IMG/VR virus record: IMGVR_UViG_3300010372_000004
Coordinates: 1 to 64,000 of that record
DNA: 64,000 nt
DNA from: a virus
Reading direction: 5' to 3' (one strand)
Shown: positions 1 to 6,961 of the stretch, piece by piece
How positions within the stretch are numbered: position 1 is the stretch's first letter
Layout of the letters: the number at the start of each line of letters is the position of its first letter
Position numbers and translations under genes: made by a program
Notes under the pieces: model-generated
Databases searched by the model: none
What the model was told of the DNA's origin: nothing
What the model saw: only the letters and a program-made list of their open reading frames with translations

Positions 1-311
1 ACTTTATCTAAATCAATTAATTTTAAATATTTGAATTTTGCTGATTTATGTATTAATAAACTTTTGCGTTTTACTTTCCTACATAAGCTTTTTGCTACCC
101 AGAAAACACCCTTTTTATTTTTAAGAAGGAACGCTTTCTCAGTTTCTTTAACAATCTTAGCCTTCACTTTAACATGATAATAGTTCTTATCATATTTAAA
201 ATTTGAGTCTGAGTCATAATCTTCGTAAGAATTAGATGTTGTAGGGGTGTCGTGATTACCCCAAAAACGACTTTCAAATGCTTCTAAAGCATGATCAAAG
301 CAATCACTCAT
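1..311 (-). CDS. Hypothetical phage protein, partial (runs off left edge)
   Basis: Hand-translated from ATG at 311 after a GAGGG RBS: MSDCFDHALEAF...KETEKAFLL...FWVAKSLC; no stop before base 1. Absent from the ORF track. Confidence 0.75.
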   Translation of the reverse strand, partial: MSDCFDHALEAFESRFWGNHDTPTTSNSYEDYDSDSNFKYDKNYYHVKVKAKIVKETEKAFLLKNKKGVFWVAKSLCRKVKRKSLLIHKSAKFKYLKLIDLDK

Positions 312-323
312 TTTTAAACCCTC

Positions 324-2912
324 TTATGCTGTAGCAGTCATACGACCAATTGTTAAATAATTAATAATAGCGTCACGATCTTCTTTTGATGCTCGTTCCC
401 CAACATTTTCTGGATGAATACAAGGTATTCCATCCTGTAATTCCATCAATTCTATTTGACCGTATGGAGCCAAATCTTTATCAAATGGTTGGAATGTATA
501 ACCAACAGCCACTGAACTATCAATTTTCACACCTTGAAGTAGATCACTATCTTGAATCATTTGCTCATATAAGAAATCACAGAAAGCAGCAGCTTCTTTT
601 CTTGGTACAGAGAATAATAATTCATCATGAATGAGTAACATGAAACGAGCCTTAAAGTTTGCTTTTTTGGACTCATCAATTGTTCTCAAAATAGTTTTCT
701 TTGCCAAAGCAGCGCAAAGCCCTTGGATTGAGAAGTTCACCGCCTGATTATAAGATCGACGTTGGATTCTTCGCATAGCTTCACGTGCAAAGTTCAAAAT
801 GGCTTCTGAACCAAAGCTTGTGAATGCTTCCCAAATCATATCAGACCATTCTTCTGTTGCTTCAAAACGAACACGTGTATGACCATCTGGTAATTGAATC
901 ACTCCACGTTGTTGAATTTCAGCAATAATACCTTGTCGCCATTGTTCTGCAACTTTAAATGTTTCAGCATAACCTTTTACAGCTTCTGAGGTTTGTTCCA
1001 TGTTCCAGCCCATTCGTTTAGCTGTGTTCATCAACCAACCAGAGTACCAGTATTCAAAGTTTGCACCTTTACCCAACACGGTACGATGTGTTTTTTTATC
1101 AGGCAAGGCATAGAACTCATCCATTGCCAAGTTCATTACCCCTGCTGCAGCCTTACTATGTAAATCCGCATGTGGTCGTTGTCCATACGCTTCCAAAAAC
1201 TCAGGGTCCTGACTGTTTGCAGCAATTGCCACAAGCTCGATTGCAGACCAATCGGCTGAGACAATAACACTATCTGGGTCATCAGCTTGGAAAAAGCCAC
1301 GGACAAAGACAGAGTCACCACGTTTTGCAAGCTGTTGACCATTAGGGTTAGAACAACTGGTACGTCGAGTTGCCAACATACTGGTCATGATCGGGTGCAT
1401 CAAACCTGTTTCTGGGTCAACTAAATACAAGTATGGTGTGATGTATAATTTAAAGGCTTGTTCTGCTGAACCCAATTTAGCGTAAAGCTCAACAATTTTA
1501 CGACCTTTATGGTTTTCATCAATCTCATTCAGCATGTCAGCACGTGCATCTTTATCTGATTGAATCTTTCCACCTGTTGCCTTGCATGGTAAATCACAAA
1601 GAACAAATAAAATATAACGCATAGCCATGTAGTGGTTGATGGATAACTGAGCTTGCGGTGGATGTTTAGTGCTGTTGGTTTCTTCTTGATACCAAGCGTT
1701 GCCTGTTGCACATTTCACTTGAGTACATATTTGGTAAGCACTTAATTCATCTGAAGTATCTAACCAAGCTTTTACTTGATTAAAATATTTTAAATGAGAC
1801 TCAGGCTTATACCATTTCTCGTATTTAGCGAGTTTTTCATGTTGCTCAGGCAAAGACTCAGGCATAATTTCACGCAATGCTTTTTTAAAAGCAATGAGAT
1901 TTTTTGCAACTTCACCACGCATGGTGTTCTGTCTTTTAATAATCTCAGGACGATTTACTTTCATTCCCCCTATCGTTGTTTCTGAAAATACTTTAGTGAT
2001 TGGATTCTCAACCATTAAATATGTTTCTAACACTTTAGGATTGTTTGTCTGTAAATAACTATACATACGGAAAAATAAACGATAAGCCCAGATAGCATCG
2101 TCAGCACCATACGCCAGAACTTGTGCACCAGTAAGTGCTTCCATGTCAGGCTCGTCACCCAATGTGTCTTTAAATTCCAACATTTGATGACCAAACCAAG
2201 ATTTAACGGCTTTTTTCAAACCGTAACCATAGGCGATACTTTTTACAATCCCTTCATAAGAATGTGTCGCTGTACCCGACTTAGCACAGAATTTACCCAG
2301 CACTTCTTCTTGCTGAAAAGTTAAAGAACCTTTTTCATAATCAGAAAAGCAACGATCAATTTCTGGTATTAGTGGTTTAATCCCATTTACTACAGCATTA
2401 ATCAACTCAGATTTTTTATATTCATCTGGATTGTATGCTGTGACACACAATTGCATTGAACAGAAAGCATTAGGCAATTCATAATTATACGAACCTAAGT
2501 GAACAGAATGCTCATACTGTCTATTGTGAATAATTAAATTGGCATTAGCTTTTTTGGCTAAATCCATCCATTTCCATAGATAAGAAATGTTGATTATGTT
2601 CTCTGTGTCAGCATGACCAAAGTTAACATAAAAAGATTTATCCCCTGCAGAATGTCCAAAGTAAAAAGAAGCACCTGTTATTTTGGTGCGTTTAAAATCA
2701 AAAATTAATTTTTTACCATGACTGAAACCATCGTCGTCAATTTTCATTAACTTCTTAATACCATCGTGTGCATTTCTTTGTGAGGTCTCTATATCATAAC
2801 CACAGAAGTTTTGAGGTATAGACATTTGTTCTGAGATAAAGGAATCCCATTGATCTATGTTTGTTCTATCTACCAAAATATTCTGTACTGGTGTATTAAA
2901 GGCGAATGTCAT
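324..2912 (-). CDS. DNA polymerase, family A, with 3'-5' exonuclease
   Basis: ExoI YDIET, ExoIII YGADDA, motif A ADWSAIEL, motif B variant RTVLGKGANFEYWY, motif C IHDEL. Confidence 0.95.
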   Translation of the reverse strand: MTFAFNTPVQNILVDRTNIDQWDSFISEQMSIPQNFCGYDIETSQRNAHDGIKKLMKIDDDGFSHGKKLIFDFKRTKITGASFYFGHSAGDKSFYVNFGHADTENIINISYLWKWMDLAKKANANLIIHNRQYEHSVHLGSYNYELPNAFCSMQLCVTAYNPDEYKKSELINAVVNGIKPLIPEIDRCFSDYEKGSLTFQQEEVLGKFCAKSGTATHSYEGIVKSIAYGYGLKKAVKSWFGHQMLEFKDTLGDEPDMEALTGAQVLAYGADDAIWAYRLFFRMYSYLQTNNPKVLETYLMVENPITKVFSETTIGGMKVNRPEIIKRQNTMRGEVAKNLIAFKKALREIMPESLPEQHEKLAKYEKWYKPESHLKYFNQVKAWLDTSDELSAYQICTQVKCATGNAWYQEETNSTKHPPQAQLSINHYMAMRYILFVLCDLPCKATGGKIQSDKDARADMLNEIDENHKGRKIVELYAKLGSAEQAFKLYITPYLYLVDPETGLMHPIMTSMLATRRTSCSNPNGQQLAKRGDSVFVRGFFQADDPDSVIVSADWSAIELVAIAANSQDPEFLEAYGQRPHADLHSKAAAGVMNLAMDEFYALPDKKTHRTVLGKGANFEYWYSGWLMNTAKRMGWNMEQTSEAVKGYAETFKVAEQWRQGIIAEIQQRGVIQLPDGHTRVRFEATEEWSDMIWEAFTSFGSEAILNFAREAMRRIQRRSYNQAVNFSIQGLCAALAKKTILRTIDESKKANFKARFMLLIHDELLFSVPRKEAAAFCDFLYEQMIQDSDLLQGVKIDSSVAVGYTFQPFDKDLAPYGQIELMELQDGIPCIHPENVGERASKEDRDAIINYLTIGRMTATA

Positions 2913-3237
2913 TGAGAGACTCCATAGGTGTGTAAATTAAAGTAAAAGTTATATTGTTTAAAACATGTGGAACCCGACCTCTTTCTAAAGACAAGCTTGG
3001 CTCCTTTGCTATTCTTTGTTTTAAAATATCCAAAGCTCTATCAATACAACCATACTCTTTATGTAGAAGTTCCATAGACAAAGAAATATCTGCAAGATAT
3101 TTTTGATTGATCTGATCTTTAAGAGCATTCAATAACACTTCTTTTTTAAATCGAGATATTGTTGTATCTATCAAGTCCATTTTAATTTTTGGGTCAATGA
3201 TAGGCATACAAGAATTTATCACTTGATGCAATAACAT
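2896..3237 (-). CDS. Hypothetical protein
   Basis: 113-aa ORF, GGAG RBS, overlaps polymerase start. Confidence 0.75.
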   Translation of the reverse strand: MLLHQVINSCMPIIDPKIKMDLIDTTISRFKKEVLLNALKDQINQKYLADISLSMELLHKEYGCIDRALDILKQRIAKEPSLSLERGRVPHVLNNITFTLIYTPMESLNDIRL

Positions 3238-3262
3238 GGTTTAGCTCCAATTTTAGGGTTAG

Positions 3263-3297
3263 AAAAAGGACAGAAGGTACTTTCGTAGCTTCTGTCC
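3263..3297 (-). terminator. Rho-independent terminator-like hairpin
   Basis: GGACAGAAG/CTTCTGTCC stem followed by a U-run on the minus strand. Confidence 0.6.
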
Positions 3298-3318
3298 GTT
3301 GTTGATTCAGCATATATG

Positions 3319-3346
3319 AAAAAACCCACTAGGGCAATAGTGGGTT
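3319..3346 (-). terminator. Rho-independent terminator
   Basis: AACCCACTA-ttgccc-TAGTGGGTT followed by TTTT on the minus strand. Confidence 0.75.
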
Positions 3347-3349
3347 GGT

Positions 3350-3640
3350 TGATTATTTTTCACTGTCAAGGATAATCTCACTTGTGTAATTAAAAGGTCA
3401 GAGTTTTTAATTACCATTTTGTGATTATATTCAAATATCTCTTTGCAGAGTGCCTACCAGATTTGAATATTCGCTTGCTCAAGCTTACACAAAATACAAC
3501 TCACATATTTTACTTAATTAAAAGAAAAGGTATCAAATCTTTTAATTAAATTCCTCCACGATGTCTTATAGTATCCATTTTTCTGAGCTAAGGAGCTGGA
3601 TATTTGGAACTCTTTGAGATATGTGGCTCACATACAAACT
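3350..3640 (-). ncRNA. Putative structured RNA / 3' trailer
   Basis: Dense nested inverted repeats (ATATTCAAAT/ATTTGAATAT, TTAATTAAAAGA/TCTTTTAATTAA, GTAATTAAAA/TTTTAATTAC, CACATAT/ATATGTG); no ORF. Confidence 0.45.
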
Positions 3641-3646
3641 TTAGCT

Positions 3647-4138
3647 TTAGCCCTCTAAAGTCATGTGTTCATTATAATCAAAATTCTCAGGGATACCATA
3701 CTCTTGTTTGATGTTTAAAATAATTTCTTTCATTGCCTGAACATAAGTGTCATATAGCTCAAAATCGAAATTTAATTTTTGAAGCTGTTCAGTGACCAAT
3801 TTGTTGAATAACACAAAATCTAAACTACCAAAAGTTTTTGTAAGACTTTCAATGGATGCAGTTAAATGTGCCATACTTGATACTGTTGAGTTTTCCAATT
3901 TTTTTACTTGTTCTTCTTCAGAATCTTTTGGATTCCATAAGTTCCCTTCAAGCATCACTAAAAAATCTTTGGCTTGTTTTTCTGTTTGAATTGTTGTATT
4001 TACTGCCATTTTAATTGGACCCAAGACAGCATCTACACCTTGTAATTGTATGTGACTTAAAAACATATTCATGGAGATAGCCACGTTGGTAGCCAATACT
4101 TCTTCTGTGATTTCACTTGGGTTTGGATTTAAGTTCAT
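3647..4138 (-). CDS. Hypothetical protein
   Basis: 163-aa acidic helical ORF, AAGGA RBS. Confidence 0.8.
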   Translation of the reverse strand: MNLNPNPSEITEEVLATNVAISMNMFLSHIQLQGVDAVLGPIKMAVNTTIQTEKQAKDFLVMLEGNLWNPKDSEEEQVKKLENSTVSSMAHLTASIESLTKTFGSLDFVLFNKLVTEQLQKLNFDFELYDTYVQAMKEIILNIKQEYGIPENFDYNEHMTLEG

Positions 4139-4157
4139 GGAGGTTTCCTTCAGATAT

Positions 4158-4184
4158 AAGAAAAACCTGAATATATCAGGTTTT
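4158..4184 (-). terminator. Terminator after tRNA
   Basis: AAAACCTGA-tatat-TCAGGTTTT followed by further U residues on the minus strand. Confidence 0.65.
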
Positions 4185-4238
4185 CGTTTAGTTTACTTCA
4201 ATTTTATTTTGGATTCAAAAATAGAATAACCAAGAAAA

Positions 4239-4314
4239 TGGCTGCTTCAACACGGTTCGAACGTGTGACCCACAGATTAACAGTCTGCTGCTCTACCAAC
4301 TGAGCTATGAAGCA
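4239..4314 (-). tRNA. tRNA-Asn (GTT), CCA encoded
   Basis: 76 nt; acceptor TGCTTCA/TGAAGCA, G73, CCA; D arm GCTCAGTTGGTAGAGC; anticodon loop CT-GTT-AA; T loop TTCGAAC. Confidence 0.97.
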
Positions 4315-4316
4315 AT

Positions 4317-5220
4317 AAACATAAGCCTTGTGATTTACCAGCCTTGGCTTCAGCTGTAGATTTTTACATCAAACTGACTTGCAAATCAGTTTGAACATTG
4401 GTCTTACCCAATTTAGGAAAGTCGCCCTAAATCACAAGCTTATATTTACTTAGTGGTACGTTCTCCAATCGGCTGACTAGACCAATTTGGGTTTTTACAC
4501 TGGATAATAGCTAGTTACCAATGTTCTGGGAATAAACCGTTGAAAATTCCCTCATGCAGTGAGATGTAGAATAATCACCTAACTGAAGCACTCGCCACAG
4601 GTTTGTAATCTTCTTGCACCCCGATCTGGTTCGTCAAAGAACATACCACTAAGTAAACATCTTTAAGAAATCTTCAAGGTTACGGTTATGGCTTTCCGCT
4701 TACCTAGAGTCAAAAGCCAATTATGCACTCTGCCTTTCGGTCTGAAAATTTCTTAAAGATATTTGGACATGAACACATAGGGTTCTACTAAATTCGTTAC
4801 CGAAATTAAAGCTGTGTCCACAGCTTGGTTAAAACCTAAATTTTAACAGTGATTAAGTCACTAGCTGCCTTTTATTGTCCATTAGGCTATCGACGTTCAC
4901 TCACTTTGTAATAAAACAATCAAATGGGTGATTGCTTCAAAGCTCTGGAACATTTAAGAAAATCACTTGTAAGCTTTTCACTTACTTGCTGATTTGGTTT
5001 GTATGCAGTCCCCAAACAGGCGATGCTTGTTACCAAGCTGGTAGCCACAGACTATTGTAGAAAGTCTTAACCATATAGGGATTCGGGCTTTTCTACTCAT
5101 TTGTGATTTTCTTGGAAACGATTTTGTTACTCTATCAAGAACACACTTTTCAGCTTTACTTATCAAGGAACACCAAAATCGTTTCCAAGAAAATCGAACT
5201 GCTGATTTCTCAGCAGTTCG
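4317..5220 (-). ncRNA. Array of about six structured RNA domains upstream of tRNA-Asn
   Basis: Abutting 11-24 bp closing stems; imperfect positions are G-U on the minus strand; GNRA-capped inner hairpins. Confidence 0.7.
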
Positions 5221-5234
5221 TCTTCATGTGACCA

Positions 5235-5263
5235 AGATTATTATAGAAAACAAAATCCGTCAA
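5235..5263 (-). promoter_or_regulatory. Sigma70-like promoter for the ncRNA/tRNA unit
   Basis: TTGACG-17 nt-TAATCT on the minus strand. Confidence 0.6.
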
Positions 5264-5376
5264 CCACGTTTTTCATTTTCTTTTTCCTCTTTCCGTTTTT
5301 GGCGTTTATCATATAAATAAATTCCTATACGAAACAAGGCTTTAGCTGCGTCAATAATAAGTTCTCGTTTGTTCAT
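5260..5376 (-). CDS. 38-aa cationic amphipathic peptide, candidate lysis accessory
   Basis: MNKRELIIDAAKALFRIGIYLYDKRQKRKEEKENEKRG; ATG 7 nt after the endolysin stop; below ORF-track cutoff. Confidence 0.65.
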   Translation of the reverse strand: MNKRELIIDAAKALFRIGIYLYDKRQKRKEEKENEKRG

Positions 5377-5383
5377 AATTTAA

Positions 5384-6124
5384 TCAATACCCTTTGTTTT
5401 TAAACTTTAAACACGCCTTTGCAATTTTAACATCATAGTTAAATTTAGCATACTGTGAACCATTATAGCCTTTGGCAAAAGGTACACAATTTTCTGCAGA
5501 ACCATTTATTTTTAGAAAAGCAGATTTTAAATTGTTGGCAATAATATACTTTACCAATAAGTCATAGTGATTACTTTCTTCAGAAACCAAGGAGAACATC
5601 ATGTCCCAAGGTGTTTTAAAACCAAGTGTTTTGTAATGAAAACCCATCACCTGAAATTTACCCATTGATACTGACATGAATGCAGCAAGAGGGTCATACT
5701 CACACGCCCGAAGTAATTTTTCCCAGCTGTCGTTTATGTCATTTTTATTTGCATCAATGGTGTAATTTCCACCGCTTGGGTAATTAAAGAAAGTAGACTT
5801 TGGTGCAGTTTTATCATCATTATATGTCCAGAATTTGTGTCGTTCATATAATATTTTTACATGCCCTGTATCATACCAACCGAAACCCCCTGACTCCACT
5901 TCTGCTACAGCTCGGATTCTGGCTGTGCCTGTGTTATCGCCTAAAGTAAGAGAAAAATCTTCAAGTTGTGCATCAGTCACAGCCTTGGCTTTGAGATCAG
6001 CAAATAATTTATAAGTTGCTTCTTTAGTGGCTTTACCAATAATACCATCAGCACCAGAATTACCTATGAAACAACCCTTGGACAACAACCAATTTTGGTA
6101 ATCAACACGTGTTTTTTTAGACAT
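5384..6124 (-). CDS. Endolysin: N-terminal peptidoglycan-binding-like segment plus N-acetylmuramidase (DUF3380-type)
   Basis: ADGIIGKAT; AVAEVESGG, ILYERHKF, SMGKFQVMGFHY, FAKGYNG. Start at 6124 preferred over 6142 on RBS spacing. Confidence 0.9.
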   Translation of the reverse strand: MSKKTRVDYQNWLLSKGCFIGNSGADGIIGKATKEATYKLFADLKAKAVTDAQLEDFSLTLGDNTGTARIRAVAEVESGGFGWYDTGHVKILYERHKFWTYNDDKTAPKSTFFNYPSGGNYTIDANKNDINDSWEKLLRACEYDPLAAFMSVSMGKFQVMGFHYKTLGFKTPWDMMFSLVSEESNHYDLLVKYIIANNLKSAFLKINGSAENCVPFAKGYNGSQYAKFNYDVKIAKACLKFKNKGY

Positions 6125-6127
6125 AAA

Positions 6128-6165
6128 AATAGACCTTGACATTTATCAAGGTCTATTCTAACAGC
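6128..6165 (-). promoter_or_regulatory. Extended -10 promoter overlapping an RBS-occluding hairpin
   Basis: GCTGTTAGAATA runs into a 12-bp inverted repeat AATAGACCTTGA/TCAAGGTCTATT. Confidence 0.6.
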
Positions 6166-6170
6166 AATTT

Positions 6171-6455
6171 TTACTTATGTTCTTGCATTCTTTTAAGTCG
6201 TTTGCACATCTCTATGTATGGTTTATAGTCAACACTCATCAAATACAATGCCAGCCCTGATAAAAGAAAAGCAGCCCAATTGTTTTGTCGCATTCCAAAC
6301 AAGGATGCCAAAATAAACAATACCAAGTATTTTCGAGAGGTGACAAAATTTAAAACATTTCTTTTGTTATTAAACCAGTACAATCCGATGATACTAAGTA
6401 TAGCCATGATTGACCAAAATACAGTTAAAAAAGTAATTTGCATATTATCCACCAT
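6171..6455 (-). CDS. Holin/antiholin-like membrane protein
   Basis: About three hydrophobic segments, basic C-terminus, next to endolysin. Confidence 0.65.
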   Translation of the reverse strand: MVDNMQITFLTVFWSIMAILSIIGLYWFNNKRNVLNFVTSRKYLVLFILASLFGMRQNNWAAFLLSGLALYLMSVDYKPYIEMCKRLKRMQEHK

Positions 6456-6867
6456 CTTTTGGATATTTCATAACTTTAGCATACGCTATAAGGCGATCAC
6501 GTAAAGTTATTATTGTTAACGGTAGGGCTACACAAGCTACAGCAATCCAAATTGGATTCATTAGTGTTAACCCTTTATCCTTTTGTAAACAATAAATAAA
6601 CGCTAAAAGACCGCCTAAAATACCAGCTACAATTTTAATACCTTTGGACAGTTCTACTTCACCAGCTTTAGTTGGTATTTTAACCCCCAACCATGTGCCT
6701 AAGATCATTGTGAGGATACACAATAAAAAAGTAAATTCGTTTTTATAAAACAGAACAAACTCCGTAGACACACTATTGGTTTGAGCAAAAGCACTTGTTG
6801 TGACCAAGGTAATTAAATAACCAATTAAAAACCAAGGTGACAAATACTTTAATTTGAAACGCAACAT
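6445..6867 (-). CDS. Holin-like membrane protein
   Basis: About four hydrophobic segments, in lysis cassette. Confidence 0.65.
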   Translation of the reverse strand: MLRFKLKYLSPWFLIGYLITLVTTSAFAQTNSVSTEFVLFYKNEFTFLLCILTMILGTWLGVKIPTKAGEVELSKGIKIVAGILGGLLAFIYCLQKDKGLTLMNPIWIAVACVALPLTIITLRDRLIAYAKVMKYPKDGG

Positions 6868-6921
6868 GCGTTTTCCCCTATAGTACGATGCTGGAATTTT
6901 ACCAGTTTTTGAGCGTTTAAA

Positions 6922-6956
6922 AAATAAAAACCCACTTCGAGAGTGGGTTTTTATTT
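6922..6956. terminator. Bidirectional terminator
   Basis: AAATAAAAACCCACT/AGTGGGTTTTTATTT. Confidence 0.85.
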
Positions 6957-6961
6957 ATTGT

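Noticed and set aside
4317-4447. E1 as a tRNA-Cys (GCA in a loop)
   Set aside because: Loop is 6 or 8 nt, no TTC T-loop, no acceptor/CCA geometry.
4978-5166. 62-aa minus ORF in the track
   Set aside because: TTG start, no RBS, and it lies across long RNA stems that explain the sequence better.
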